A DNA stretch of 64,000 bases from an uncultured Verrucomicrobiae bacterium (GTDB taxonomy: Bacteria; Verrucomicrobiota; Verrucomicrobiia; Limisphaerales; Palsa-1400). A program made the position numbers and the translations under genes. Below, one piece after another: positions 1-10,584 of the stretch. The stretch spans positions 320,001-384,000 of the forward strand of contig CAVXRD010000003.1 in the NCBI GenBank assembly GCA_963764165.1. Reading direction: 5' to 3'. Within the stretch, counting starts at the first letter, position 1, and each line of letters opens with the position of its first letter. Under the pieces are notes generated by a model, which saw only the letters and a list, made by a program, of their open reading frames with translations, was not told the origin of the DNA and searched no databases.

Positions 1-323
1 ATTCCGCGCACGGCATGAGTGATGAGCTTCTCGGGATGCTTGGCGCGGACTTGCGCGACGGTGGCGTATTTCTCGCCGCCCTTCCAGCCCGAGTAAGACA
101 TGAATTCCTTGTCCGTTTCCTTCTTGCCGGTGACCTTGATTTTCTCGGCATTGATCACAACGACGAAATCTCCGGCGTCGAGGTGGTGGGTAAAGACGGG
201 TTTGTTGCGTCCGCGCAAAATATCGGCAACTTGAACGGCGAGGCGGCCCAAAACAGCACCGTCGGCGTCGACGACATGCCATTTGCGCTGATCCAAATGA
301 TTTTTCGGCAAATACGTTTTCAT
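1..323 (-). CDS. rplM: 50S ribosomal protein L13, 3'-truncated by the window edge
   Basis: Not in the ORF track. Manual translation from ATG 323 gives MKTYLPKNHLDQRKWHVVDADGAVLGRLAVQVADILRGRNKPVFTHHLDAGDFVVVINAEKIKVTGKK...SGWKGG, the uL13 signature. Confidence 0.97.
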   Translation of the reverse strand, partial: MKTYLPKNHLDQRKWHVVDADGAVLGRLAVQVADILRGRNKPVFTHHLDAGDFVVVINAEKIKVTGKKETDKEFMSYSGWKGGEKYATVAQVRAKHPEKLITHAVRG

Positions 324-567
324 CAGTTCCTTCTCATCAAAGGAGCGGTGAACCTACCAAACACCCGCCCAATGTCAACAGATAATTACGCAGAATTCTG
401 CTTCCCCTCAAATTCCCTCCCTAAAGGTAGGCCAAGACTCCGTCGAGCCCTGTAAATAATCAGGCCTACGTCACCCACAGACACCCGCAGAAAACGTCCG
501 TTTCAAGTTTGCTCTTAATGCACGGGCTGTGATAGGCTCGGTCCTACCGAGCAAAACAGCCGATTTT

Positions 568-837
568 ATGACCACAACCGTCACAGAGAGCAATCAGGTG
601 AGCATCCCGCCGGAAATCGCCCGCGAATTTGGGATTCATCCGGGAACGGAGTTGGAGTGGGAGAAAACTGGCGACGGAACGATCCTCATCCGGCCGTTGT
701 CCAGCCGAGGTGAATTGGCCCGCCAGCTCATGGGCGCGGGAAAGCGCTGGCTGAAGCCCGGCGCTGATCCAATCGGCGACCTAATTAAAGATCGTGCGTT
801 GGACGACAAGCTGGATCAAGCCGACGAACGGCGATGA
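568..837 (+). CDS. AbrB/MazE/SpoVT-type DNA-binding protein (probable VapB-like antitoxin)
   Basis: MTTTVTESNQVSIPPEIAREFGIHPGTELEW...ILIRP is an AbrB swapped-hairpin pattern. Its stop overlaps a PIN-like start (ATGA). Start taken at ATG 568. Confidence 0.85.
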   Translation: MTTTVTESNQVSIPPEIAREFGIHPGTELEWEKTGDGTILIRPLSSRGELARQLMGAGKRWLKPGADPIGDLIKDRALDDKLDQADERR

Positions 838-866
838 CTCATTTGCTGGATACATCCGCTCTGGTG
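834..866 (+). pseudogene. N-terminal stub of a VapC/PIN toxin
   Basis: MTHLLDTSAL is a typical PIN beta-1 motif, translationally coupled to the antitoxin. The rest of ORF 834..1046 has no PIN resemblance. Confidence 0.65.
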
Positions 867-1431
867 AACCGCCGGCTGAGACTCGCATCCCGCGAAGATC
901 ACCACGCTGACGAACATGATTGGAACGGTGTGGCACATAATCATCCGGCTCTCAAACTCCTCGCCGTAGCCCCAGTAGTAGTCACCAAACACCCAACAGC
1001 GAGAAATACAAAAAAAAGAACTGAGACTAGTCCAGCGAGCCGATGATGTCGTTCGCTCATTTTTAGCCAATGACGTGATAGTGCTCGATAGACGATGGAA
1101 AGCACGATCCAGCCCGACAACATGAAAAAAACTCGGCAACGAATCGGACCCCTCGAATATCATCGGCAATTCCAAGAAACACAGTGTCGAAATTACAAAT
1201 AAAGCTCCAAATCCCACACGACACCAGTCCGCACGCTCGAACCACCCTCAAGTCTCTTTCACCGCTGGTCATGGCAGTCATACTTGGAGTTCGTTTCGAT
1301 AGAGAATTTGCGCCAACAGTCCCCTTGAAGCAAATCGAATTCCGCCGAAATTGCGCCACGCACAGGCGACGATAAATGACGCTCCATTGCGGCTCTGCTT
1401 CTTTGCGCCCTTGCGTTAAAGACCCCCAATT

Positions 1432-2145
1432 CTAACGCGCAACTACATCAATCTCGCTGTAAAAGGTGTTGCCCCAGCGGTCGGTTTCTTCGGTTCTATG
1501 GCAGTCAAATAGAAGATAGCGGTAGCGGCCGACGTCGCCATGCGATGCGGTTATGGAAACGCCGTATTGCCCTCCCGGCGGGCCGCTCTTGGGCCTTGTG
1601 TCCACTTGGGCCAGGTATTTCCAGCCTTGCTCGGTTGGGTCGCCGATGGCCAGGGCGGCGCGGTCGAAATCGCCCGCGGAAGAATCTCGCGCGTAGAGCT
1701 TGTAAAGCTGCGGGCCGCGATCGCTCGTGTGCCAGGAATAGGTGTTGATCTGCGCGATGTCTGTGTCCTTGTTCAAATCCACCAGAAATCGCCCGCCATA
1801 GTTGCCGTCGTTGAAGCAAAAGTTCTCTTCTGGCGAATCCTGACCGTCAGGGACTCGTCCGTCGTTGAGATTTCGGATCTTCCATTGCGGCCCGCTGGTA
1901 ATGAGCGAAAATTGGGCAAACGTGGCGGCATCCGTCGCAGAAGGCTTGGGAACCTGTGTAAAATTGAATGCCGTCGTGGCGCGCTCGTTGGGAATGCGTT
2001 CGGCAACGATCTCCAAATTTCCCATCGGCCTGCTGTAATTCGGGAACCTGGCGCCAATGCTGCGGAGCCACAACCCAAGCGTCAGCAAATTCGTCACAAC
2101 CAACGTTGCGATGATGGCTGTGGCAGGCTTTTGTTTGTACCACAT
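1432..2145 (-). CDS. Exported/membrane-anchored hypothetical protein, possible galactose-binding-like (discoidin-type) beta-sandwich
   Basis: ATG 2145 lies 4 nt past the stop of the upstream gene. N-terminal hydrophobic helix; C-terminal ..VDL..INTYSW..RGPQLY..RYLLFD..TFYSEIDV pattern. Confidence 0.6.
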   Translation of the reverse strand: MWYKQKPATAIIATLVVTNLLTLGLWLRSIGARFPNYSRPMGNLEIVAERIPNERATTAFNFTQVPKPSATDAATFAQFSLITSGPQWKIRNLNDGRVPDGQDSPEENFCFNDGNYGGRFLVDLNKDTDIAQINTYSWHTSDRGPQLYKLYARDSSAGDFDRAALAIGDPTEQGWKYLAQVDTRPKSGPPGGQYGVSITASHGDVGRYRYLLFDCHRTEETDRWGNTFYSEIDVVAR

Positions 2146-2149
2146 GGCT

Positions 2150-3088
2150 TTACTCTTGAACGATCGTATCGCCGTCCGGCTTGGCCAGCGCCGATGTTCT
2201 TTGCTGCATCCACGTCCAGTCTTTAATGTCGGCGGTGTTATCGGGGTCAATCTGGCGGGCGCCAACAGCCGAACCCTTTGTGCCGGGGCTCATCCAATGA
2301 TGCGATTCGGAATGGCCGTCGGCAAAAGCAAAACCGCAGCCGCCATCGTGGTAAGTGCCCGGATTATCGACCCAACCCGGCCCGCCCGCCCTTGGGCCTT
2401 CCATCTCAAATGCGAACGCCGCGTCGTTTAACCCGCGAACATCCTCGTCCACCAGCACCCAAAGCATGCCAGGCCCCGGCGTGCTGATTTGCGATAATTT
2501 CCCGTACGTGTGCCACGGCGAATCGCGCCGATGATTCTCGCGATTATTGAGCCACGGCCCATTGACCGAAAGCGAGGGCACCCCGGTGTGCGGTCCTCTG
2601 CGGCCCCTGCTATCGTAACCGGGATCAATCGTGCCGACCGCCTGGCTCATCGAAAAAGTCCGCACCGCCGGAATGCTGCGGCCCTTCATGGTTGGATCGG
2701 TTCCCTGATACTTGCCGAGGCGGAGATCGCCGGGGCAATGAAACAATTGAATGTTGCCGGCCAGATAGGTTATGAGCAGCGAAAGCTTCTGGTCTTTAAG
2801 GACATCAGGGTCGAATTCCTGCGGCCCGCCCACCCCGGCCTGGCCCGAACACCAGTTGTAACCCGGCAGAACATTCCCATCGTCCGGATTTGGAGGAAAG
2901 AGATCGTGGAAATCGCTCGTGTACATCGTCATCGCCGCCATCATTTGCTTGCCATTGTTCAGGCAATAAACCCCCTGGGCCTTCCCTTTGCCCTTGGACA
3001 AGACAGGCAGCAATAAACCGGCGAGAATGCCGATTATTGCGATTACGACGAGCATTTCCACCAAAGTGAAGCCACGCCTTTTACCCAT
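2150..3088 (-). CDS. Prepilin-type N-terminal cleavage/methylation protein with H-X9-DG motif
   Basis: MGKRRG|FTLVEMLVVIAIIGILAGLLLP class III signal, CLNNGKQ, and HDGGCGFAFADGH. Start ATG 3088. Confidence 0.92.
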   Translation of the reverse strand: MGKRRGFTLVEMLVVIAIIGILAGLLLPVLSKGKGKAQGVYCLNNGKQMMAAMTMYTSDFHDLFPPNPDDGNVLPGYNWCSGQAGVGGPQEFDPDVLKDQKLSLLITYLAGNIQLFHCPGDLRLGKYQGTDPTMKGRSIPAVRTFSMSQAVGTIDPGYDSRGRRGPHTGVPSLSVNGPWLNNRENHRRDSPWHTYGKLSQISTPGPGMLWVLVDEDVRGLNDAAFAFEMEGPRAGGPGWVDNPGTYHDGGCGFAFADGHSESHHWMSPGTKGSAVGARQIDPDNTADIKDWTWMQQRTSALAKPDGDTIVQE

Positions 3089-3432
3089 AGTATGTATTAG
3101 ACACCGCTCCCGCCAATTCGTTTTGGAAAAACTTGAAAAAGCGATCGGAAATGACAGGAAATCCGTCCTTTTATCCGGCTCGGGATCGGTCGTGAGGAAT
3201 CTTGGCCGCGTCAAATAATCGATTCAAAACTTTCGGCGACCCCGAATAGGCTAAATGGGCGCGATTCGTGCTCCTGCTAACTTCAACTTGCTGCCTTCTG
3301 CGAAGTCCGGAGGGAGTGCGCGATATTTCGTGGAAGCGGGCTGGCGCATCCAGCCACCAAGGACACCCCGCTTGTTAGAACAGTGAGAAACAGCCGCTTC
3401 ACGGGTTTCATATCTCCATGCCACGTCAATTC

Positions 3433-4309
3433 CTAATTCGCGGCCACAAGCGCAGAGCTCCAATCGTCAATATTTCGCTGCCCTGTCTTGGCGAATGAAT
3501 TTATTGTTTGCGTTTCCCGGTCGAGATAGAAAATCTCACCGTTAGCGGGATCCATAAAATAAACCCTTCCCCCGGTTCGGTCGGGCTGGATTTGTGACGA
3601 GAAATTGCCACCCAGCGGCTTGCGCAAAAATTCCTTACCCGTGGCGGCATCCACCATGACAATTTCAGTGATAGTATGGGCCGCCATCGCAGCGGGCATC
3701 AGTTCTTTGTTTTCGCCCCAAATCAAACTCGGTTTTCCACCGATCTCCCGCACGAAGACTTTGCTTATCGCGTCCGCGCTGGCAAATCTTTTGGCTCCAT
3801 GGGAGTCGTCGCCAGAAGGAAGCGCGGGAACGGGATGCGCCTCCCCCGTCCTCCAGTTTGCTTCGCTATAACCAAAGTGATATTTGTTAGTTCCCTGCTT
3901 TTCGAAACTCTGAAAATATACAGTTGAGTCTTTGGATCGAACAGTCACCGTTTCCGCAACAGATCTCTTCAGTCCCCACGAATGAGCGCCTTCAAGAATT
4001 TTGTCTGTCACGACCACCGATGTTTTCCTGTCAACGACCACCAGGCGGTCTCCCTTCCCGTGTTCGCCATCGACCCGCAAAAGAGCCACCGAATCTTCAT
4101 CCGACCCATACCACACCGGCCCGTCAAGCTTGGCAATTTCCTTGCCGCCATCCACCGTGAATCTCATCAATCGAAAACCTCGGTACTGCATTCGTCTCAG
4201 GCGGAGCGATGACTAATACGCCCGGCGCAGCGTTAGACAGGCTCGCCGCCAAGGACGCTAGCAGTGAAAGGCAGAAAGCGAACCAAAGCGAATTCTTAGA
4301 GTGGCGCAT
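3433..4309 (-). pseudogene. Probably frameshifted exported beta-propeller-like protein
   Basis: ORF 4124..4309 carries a clear signal peptide and overlaps ORF 3433..4191 in another frame. The second ORF has no signal and has an in-frame TAG at 4213-4215 upstream. Confidence 0.5.
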
Positions 4310-4717
4310 ACCGCAGGAAGTTTAGATCAAATCCCACGAACTGTCCATGCACGATGCGAGCCTCGCGACTCTAAAACGCATGCCTTGCAACTTTGCGACT
4401 TTGCAGCGCTATCTCGAGAAAGTCTGCATTTTGGGCAAAATTTTGACATAGTTTACAGGATGGGTTCTGGGTCCGATCAGATCGGGCGCAAGCCAAAGTT
4501 CTTTGCGACCTTCGTGTCCTTGTTGTTAAGAGTCTTTTTTTAGATTCCGACAGCGTGGCGCGCATGGTTTTTGCCGAGCCAGCCGGAAACGGCAAGAAAA
4601 TGGAACAGCAAGCACACAAAGGAGCGAAGAGGAAAAGGCGTTAAAGCATGCTATCGGGCCAAGCTCTGCGCTCGATGGCATTCAAAGCGCGATGAAACCA
4701 GATGCCGGGCGGAAAAG

Positions 4718-4753
4718 ACTTTCGCGCAGAGAAGATGAGTGCGCAGAGGAACA
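4718..4753 (+). repeat. 36-bp dispersed repeat, inverted copy at 25930-25965
   Basis: actttcgcgcagagaagatgagtgcgcagaggaaca matches the reverse complement of 25930-25965 at 35/36 positions. Confidence 0.9.
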
Positions 4754-5154
4754 CCACGACAAATCTCCAACACCGAAAACAGTGAGGAGCCTTTATTGGT
4801 TGCGGCTCTGCCGCGCTGTGCCTTGCGCCCTTTTGTTGAATTCCCCTTAGAAAACAAAGACATTAACGCAAAGGCGCAAAGAATCGGACAATTCCAATAC
4901 GCAGACCAGCCACATTTCGACAGATTTCGATGAGATCCCCCTTTTCATGAAAAAAAATGCGGAAAATCGTGCTAAAAAACCTCTGCTGGGTTTTCTGTTT
5001 TCCTTTGGATGTGCCAGACTGCTTCCATGAATATATATTGCAGTGCTGAGATGATAGGACGGTGGACCGGGATTTTTGGCGGTGCGGTTTCGTTAAGTCG
5101 CAACACGCCAAGCGAGCCGCTGCGGCAGCCGTCGGCTGCGAGAAACTTTGGCGC

Positions 5155-5195
5155 AGTCGCACCAAATCGCAGCTAGTCGCACCAAATCGCACCAC
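5155..5195. repeat. Short tandem repeat with 10-bp period (tcgca core)
   Basis: agtcgcaccaaatcgcagct agtcgcaccaaatcgcacca, about 70 bp upstream of the sulfotransferase start. Confidence 0.75.
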
Positions 5196-5263
5196 TTTTT
5201 TCTAAAAACGTGCCAATGTTCGAAGCGGCTGATCGACGGACGGATGAACTATACCCAAAATAA

Positions 5264-6805
5264 ATGAAATTCCAGCACTCACCGCAGGATTTTGCGCGCT
5301 GGCAGAAGGCGCAGGAGCTTTTGCTGGGCGGGCAATATGGCCCCGCGCTCGCAGCTTATCGCGATCTGGCCCGCCGCCATTCGGCCACGCCGCAATTGTG
5401 GTTCGAACTCGGGAATGCGGCCGCCGGCGAACTTGACTTCGCGCTCGCCAACCAGGCTTATCAGCGCGTCCGCGAACTCGCGCCGGGCAATTCCTCTTTG
5501 TTGAGTTCGCTCGGGCTTCAATACCAGACGCTGCGCCAATTGGACGATGCGCGCGATTGCTTCGAGAGCGCGGTGAAGGCTGCCCCGGATTCGGTGGACG
5601 CGCTGATTAATCTCGCCGTCTGGTTCGAGAAGGAACGCCGCCTCGACGAGGCTTGGGAATGTGTCCAGCGGTGCCTGGCCAGGCATCCGCGCGACGATCA
5701 AGCTCGATATTTTCGCGCCGTCCTCTTGCATCGCAAGAAACAATACGCCGAGGCGGAGACGGCGCTGCGCAATTTAATCCATGACGGCCCGCAGTATCCG
5801 TATGTCAAATACGCAGCGCCCCATTTGCTGGGCGTGGTGCTCGATCAACTGGGGAACTACGCCGAGGCGATGACCTGGCTGTTGAAAGCGAAGGCCGTCG
5901 TCCACACTATCACCGACATTTCCGCGCTGGAGCGAGCTTATGACGAATCCGACCTCCGGCGCAGGGAGTTGCTCGCGGAATTGACGCCGGAAATGATTCG
6001 GCGATGGCGGCAGGAACCGCCCGCCTCGACGGAGCCATACCGTTTCGCGTTCCTTGGCGGACATCCCCGCAGCGGCACCACCCTGCTCGAACAAATCCTC
6101 GATGCCAACCCCGCCGTGCTCGCGTTCGACGAGCCGCATTCGTTTCATCAAGAGGTGGAAAAGAAAATCCAATTCAAACCCAGGCCAAAACTTTCGATCC
6201 AGCTTGATTCTTTGCCCGCGTCGTACCGGGCCAAATTGCGCGGGCGCTATTTGAAAAGCCTGCTGCGCGAAGCACCCGAGCGCCCGCCGCAAAGCGTGCT
6301 GGTGGACAAAAATCCGTCCCCCACCATGTTGCTCAACGTGTGGCTGCGGGTTTTTCCGGAATTGAAAGTGATCATCGCCCTGCGCGATCCGCGCGATGTC
6401 CTGATTAGCTGTTTTTTCCTGAACATTCTGCTCAACGCGACCAACGCCAATTTCCTGAGCCTCGAACGCACCGCCAAACATTACTCGGACTTGATGGATG
6501 TCTGGCTGCGCATGAGGGAGCTTGGCGGATTCGACTGGATTGAGTCGCGCTATGAAGATGTCGTGGATGACCCGGAAAAAGAAGGGCGAAAAGTGACGGA
6601 ATTTCTGGGACTTGAGTGGCACGAAAACCAAGCCCGCTCGCACGAAACGGCAAGAAGAAAAGTCCTCTACGCGCCAACGTATCACGACGTCACGCAACCC
6701 GTATACCGCCGGGCGGTCGGCCGATGGGAGCATTACGCGGAGGCACTGGCTCCGCTGCAGGCGAGGATGGCGCCATATTGCCGGGCTTTCGGGTATGCGG
6801 TTTAG
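5264..6805 (+). CDS. TPR-repeat sulfotransferase family protein
   Basis: N-terminal TPR-like helices, GHPRSGTTLLEQIL (5'-PSB loop), DKNP, RDPRDVLIS (3'-PB motif), YEDVV. Confidence 0.93.
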   Translation: MKFQHSPQDFARWQKAQELLLGGQYGPALAAYRDLARRHSATPQLWFELGNAAAGELDFALANQAYQRVRELAPGNSSLLSSLGLQYQTLRQLDDARDCFESAVKAAPDSVDALINLAVWFEKERRLDEAWECVQRCLARHPRDDQARYFRAVLLHRKKQYAEAETALRNLIHDGPQYPYVKYAAPHLLGVVLDQLGNYAEAMTWLLKAKAVVHTITDISALERAYDESDLRRRELLAELTPEMIRRWRQEPPASTEPYRFAFLGGHPRSGTTLLEQILDANPAVLAFDEPHSFHQEVEKKIQFKPRPKLSIQLDSLPASYRAKLRGRYLKSLLREAPERPPQSVLVDKNPSPTMLLNVWLRVFPELKVIIALRDPRDVLISCFFLNILLNATNANFLSLERTAKHYSDLMDVWLRMRELGGFDWIESRYEDVVDDPEKEGRKVTEFLGLEWHENQARSHETARRKVLYAPTYHDVTQPVYRRAVGRWEHYAEALAPLQARMAPYCRAFGYAV

Positions 6806-6957
6806 CGTCTCCCCCTAATGTGGTATGGCTAAGGGCTATAGTGAAGGTATAGTCAGCCTGTTTTTGGCGGACTGATAGCTATGTCACGAGAAACCATTTG
6901 ACCTAAATCCAAATCTAAACCTGGCTCGCCGCGAAAGAACCCACTCCAACCGAAACT

Positions 6958-9900
6958 ATGAAAAGACGATTGATCGCCAAACCGTTCAAACAGACCTTGC
7001 TGGCAGTTCCGGCCGCCGCCCTCATGCTGGGCGCCGCGCACGCGGGCACTTTCGTGGGGCTGAATTTTCAGGATTATTATTATTCCGGCGCGGGAGCGGG
7101 CTACCAGACGACTGGCTTCCCGGTGACCGCCGCGGCCTTCGGCATTCCCGCTGCAAGCTGGACAAGCAGCCTGCCTCTGAGCTGCGGAGCGGGCGGCTAT
7201 GGCATTCCCATCTCGACGAATATCGCGTTTGGTCCCGGCGGCGCTCTCACGGCGAGCGTGTCGGCCCCTGGCGCATGGCAGTCTGGCATCGGAGAAAACA
7301 CCACCGCCTGGGTGGCAGTTGGTGTGCCTCCTGGGAACGACGAAGTTACGTGGGGCATTTTGGACGACGGATCATCATTTTACGGCATAGGCGAATCCGG
7401 CGGATCGCCAAGCGTATCGGTGTCGGGCTTGGCTTCCGTCTTTCCCAACGGATACGTAATCCAAACCATTGCGGCTTACGCGTCCAAGGATGGCGCGCTG
7501 GCCCAGTTCGCCAATGTTGATTTTAGTGACGGCGCCACGACAACGTATTGCACTTATGCCAATTCGTATTTTGTTCAAGGCACGGTGGCGGACGGATACG
7601 GTTACGGAAGCGGCACGGTCGGGCTCAGCGATCCGAGTGGTACATTTACTGCCGACACGATCAACATCGATCCCGAGCCGCAATCATCCCCGGATCATTC
7701 AGTTCTGGCTGGCTTCATCATTACCGATGAACCGGTGATCACTCGCTCCGCGCCGGCGTATTCTTTGGTTGCGTCGGGCAGCCCATTTGTCCTTTCCTCC
7801 ACGGCAATCGGAATTGGCACGCTCAGTTACCAATGGCAGCATGATGGCACGAACATTCCGGGAGCGATTTACGCCAACTATACAAACGCCTCCGCCAGCT
7901 TCGCGGACAAAGGCAGCTATCAAGTAGTCGTTTCAAGTTCCGCTTTTCCGGGGGTCACGGCAACGGGCGACGTCCTGGATATTACCGTTCCAGTCACCCA
8001 TCCGGCGGAGACTTCGACTTGGGACGCAAATACCACGACACCCGGCGCCCAAGATGGTTCCGGAACCTGGACCTACGGCTCCACCAATTGGTGGAACGGA
8101 ACATTCGACGATTACTGGGGCCAGTCGGACTCCGCCATTTTCGGCGTGGGAGGCACTGGATCGTATACGGTGACGCTGGGCGACTACATCTCCGCGGACT
8201 CGATTACGTTTGCCAGCGGCGGATACACCATCACCAACGCCACCAGCGAGACCTTGACGCTCAGCGGCGGCGGCATTGCCGCCACCGGGGCTGCCACCAT
8301 CGCGGTGCCGCTTTCAACAGGCACGAATGCATTGGTCAAGACTGGCACCGGTTACTTGACGCTCTCGGGGGCAGCGACCTTTTCAAGCGCCACCGTTCTT
8401 GCCGGCACACTTGAAGTGGACGCGGTGGGCGCGGACGCCCCTTACGTTGTGACAAATGGCGCGACCTTGAAAATCGGTTACAGCACGAGCGGAGGCTACG
8501 CGAACACGGCGATGCAGCTCTACGGCAGCGGCGTTTCCTCCCCCGCAGGTTTGTACATCGCCGGCGGCAAAGTGTATAACGTCAGCGGCGGAGTCGTCGT
8601 TCAAGGCGCACCGACCACCATTCGCCAATTCGGCAGCGGCCTGGCTGAATTGGGCATTTTCGATATCAATTCAACACCGGGCCTTTCCATTACCGCGCTG
8701 GCTTCAGGATCGGTGATCGATGCCAATGTGGAATTTGTAAGCGACGGCTACGGCATGGTCGTGACGACGGTGCCCGGCACCAACACCGCGACCGGCGATC
8801 TGGTCGTCAACAGCCCGCTGAATATCAAAGCCAACACCGACAACTACGGCCTTTACGAAAAGGGAGCCGGCTCAGTGCGTTTGAACGCGCCGGCCACAGC
8901 CATCAATGCCGGCGTCCACGTCCAGGGTGGGACCTTGATTTGCGGCGCGCCCAATTGCATCGGCACGAACGGAACGCTGGCGGTTGCGGCGGCGGGAACG
9001 GTGAACTTCAACAACATCAGCCAGACGGTTGCCAACGTGGTAAGCACCGGCAGCGCGCAGGCACTATTCGGCACCTTAGTGATGACCATTAACAAAGGCG
9101 GATCCCCCAGCAGCTGCACGCTGACGACCCTCGATTCCAACCCGCTTTTTCTCGGCGGAACATTGCAGGTGACCAACATCGGCGGGCCGCTGGCGATAGG
9201 CGACAAGTTCACTTTGTTCAGCGCGCCGAACAGCGGCTTCGCCGGCTCATTCACCACTCTGAAGCTGCCGACACTTCCTAACGGCCTGGCGTGGCAGGAC
9301 AATACCGGCAATGACGGCAGCATCTTGGTTGTCAAGGGATCAGTCCCGCCGAGCATCACGACAGATCTCCCGGGCGGCACCAACTACGCGTATGCCGGCG
9401 GCAGCATGTTCCTCTCGATCGTGGCCGCGGGCGATCCTGTTCTCACCTACACCTGGAAAAACGCCAACGGAACGGTCGTCAGCACAAACGGGCCATCGGT
9501 GGACTTGGGCCCGCTCACGCTGAGTTCCTCGGGCTTTTATTATTGCGTGGTCAGCAACAACTATGGCGTTGCCAGCAGCCAGACCAATTACATTGATGTC
9601 CTCACTCCCAGCGCCTACGCCGCCGCGGTGGTGGCTGACGGCCCGCAGGATTTTTGGCCGCTTGACGAAACCAATGGCTCGACGGCTTACGACTATGTCA
9701 ATCAAAATAATGGCCAGCTGCAGGGGGGGATCACCCTCGACGTTCCCGGCCCGGTGCCTCCCGCCGACCCAGGTTTCAGCGCAAGCAACACGGCGTATTT
9801 ATTTGACGGTTACGACAGCTACGTTTCTTTCGGAACCGGGCCGTCCCTCAATGGAAGTGGCAACTTCTCCCTGGAAGCGTGGGTTAACACCACCACGACC

Positions 9901-10464
9901 TCCACCGAGGACATCATTGGCCAGCGCGCGCCGGGCGACTATAATGGAGAATACGAACTGCAAGTTCTGGCGAGCGGCGCGGTGTATTTCTACATCTACG
10001 GCGGAAGCGCATACCAGTTTGAGCTCACCACAACGAACCTCGTAAACGACGGCAACTGGCATCATATCGCGGCGGTTCGCAATGGAGGCACGGGTTCTGT
10101 CTACGTGGATGGCGTCCTGTCCGCCACCGCGACTGGTTCCGCTGAGCCATTGGATCCGACGATCTCCGTTTTCCTCGGCGCGGATGAACGCGATGCTATC
10201 CACTATCTGGCTGGCACGCTGGCCGACGTGGCCATTTATGGCTACGCCCTGACGTCGGCTCAGATTTCGCATCATGTGACCGAAGCGGTTGCGCCGCCAC
10301 TCATTCTCTCCGGCAAGTCACTTATCTGGTCTGCTGGCACGCTGGAGAGCACTTCGGTTCTCGGATCGTCCGCCACATGGGCTCCTGTCACTGGCGCCAC
10401 ATCTCCTTATCCGCTGCCGATCAGCGGCACGAACAAGGCGATGTTCTACCGCCTTAAGTACTGA
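6958..10464 (+). CDS. Large exported protein: Ig-like domains, autotransporter-associated beta-strand repeats, LamG/ConA-like domain, C-terminal putative sorting domain
   Basis: Signal peptide; LSYQWQHDG..DKGSYQVVV (Ig); LVKTGTGYLTLSG and EKGAGSVRL repeats; FSLEAWV..DGNWHHIAAV..YVDG (LamG); ends GATSPY..MFYRLKY. Confidence 0.88.
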   Translation: MKRRLIAKPFKQTLLAVPAAALMLGAAHAGTFVGLNFQDYYYSGAGAGYQTTGFPVTAAAFGIPAASWTSSLPLSCGAGGYGIPISTNIAFGPGGALTASVSAPGAWQSGIGENTTAWVAVGVPPGNDEVTWGILDDGSSFYGIGESGGSPSVSVSGLASVFPNGYVIQTIAAYASKDGALAQFANVDFSDGATTTYCTYANSYFVQGTVADGYGYGSGTVGLSDPSGTFTADTINIDPEPQSSPDHSVLAGFIITDEPVITRSAPAYSLVASGSPFVLSSTAIGIGTLSYQWQHDGTNIPGAIYANYTNASASFADKGSYQVVVSSSAFPGVTATGDVLDITVPVTHPAETSTWDANTTTPGAQDGSGTWTYGSTNWWNGTFDDYWGQSDSAIFGVGGTGSYTVTLGDYISADSITFASGGYTITNATSETLTLSGGGIAATGAATIAVPLSTGTNALVKTGTGYLTLSGAATFSSATVLAGTLEVDAVGADAPYVVTNGATLKIGYSTSGGYANTAMQLYGSGVSSPAGLYIAGGKVYNVSGGVVVQGAPTTIRQFGSGLAELGIFDINSTPGLSITALASGSVIDANVEFVSDGYGMVVTTVPGTNTATGDLVVNSPLNIKANTDNYGLYEKGAGSVRLNAPATAINAGVHVQGGTLICGAPNCIGTNGTLAVAAAGTVNFNNISQTVANVVSTGSAQALFGTLVMTINKGGSPSSCTLTTLDSNPLFLGGTLQVTNIGGPLAIGDKFTLFSAPNSGFAGSFTTLKLPTLPNGLAWQDNTGNDGSILVVKGSVPPSITTDLPGGTNYAYAGGSMFLSIVAAGDPVLTYTWKNANGTVVSTNGPSVDLGPLTLSSSGFYYCVVSNNYGVASSQTNYIDVLTPSAYAAAVVADGPQDFWPLDETNGSTAYDYVNQNNGQLQGGITLDVPGPVPPADPGFSASNTAYLFDGYDSYVSFGTGPSLNGSGNFSLEAWVNTTTTSTEDIIGQRAPGDYNGEYELQVLASGAVYFYIYGGSAYQFELTTTNLVNDGNWHHIAAVRNGGTGSVYVDGVLSATATGSAEPLDPTISVFLGADERDAIHYLAGTLADVAIYGYALTSAQISHHVTEAVAPPLILSGKSLIWSAGTLESTSVLGSSATWAPVTGATSPYPLPISGTNKAMFYRLKY

Positions 10465-10584
10465 ACACAGCGGGCTCGTTGGCCGGATTGTCCAGCCTGA
10501 CCAAATGCTGACGGTTTAGGCCGTCGCGATGCGCAGCAACTTTAGGGTTGTTGCGCATTTTCCCTTTTCCAAGACGGACTTGTG

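Noticed and set aside
15..455. 146-aa plus-strand ORF
   Set aside because: Antisense shadow of rplM.
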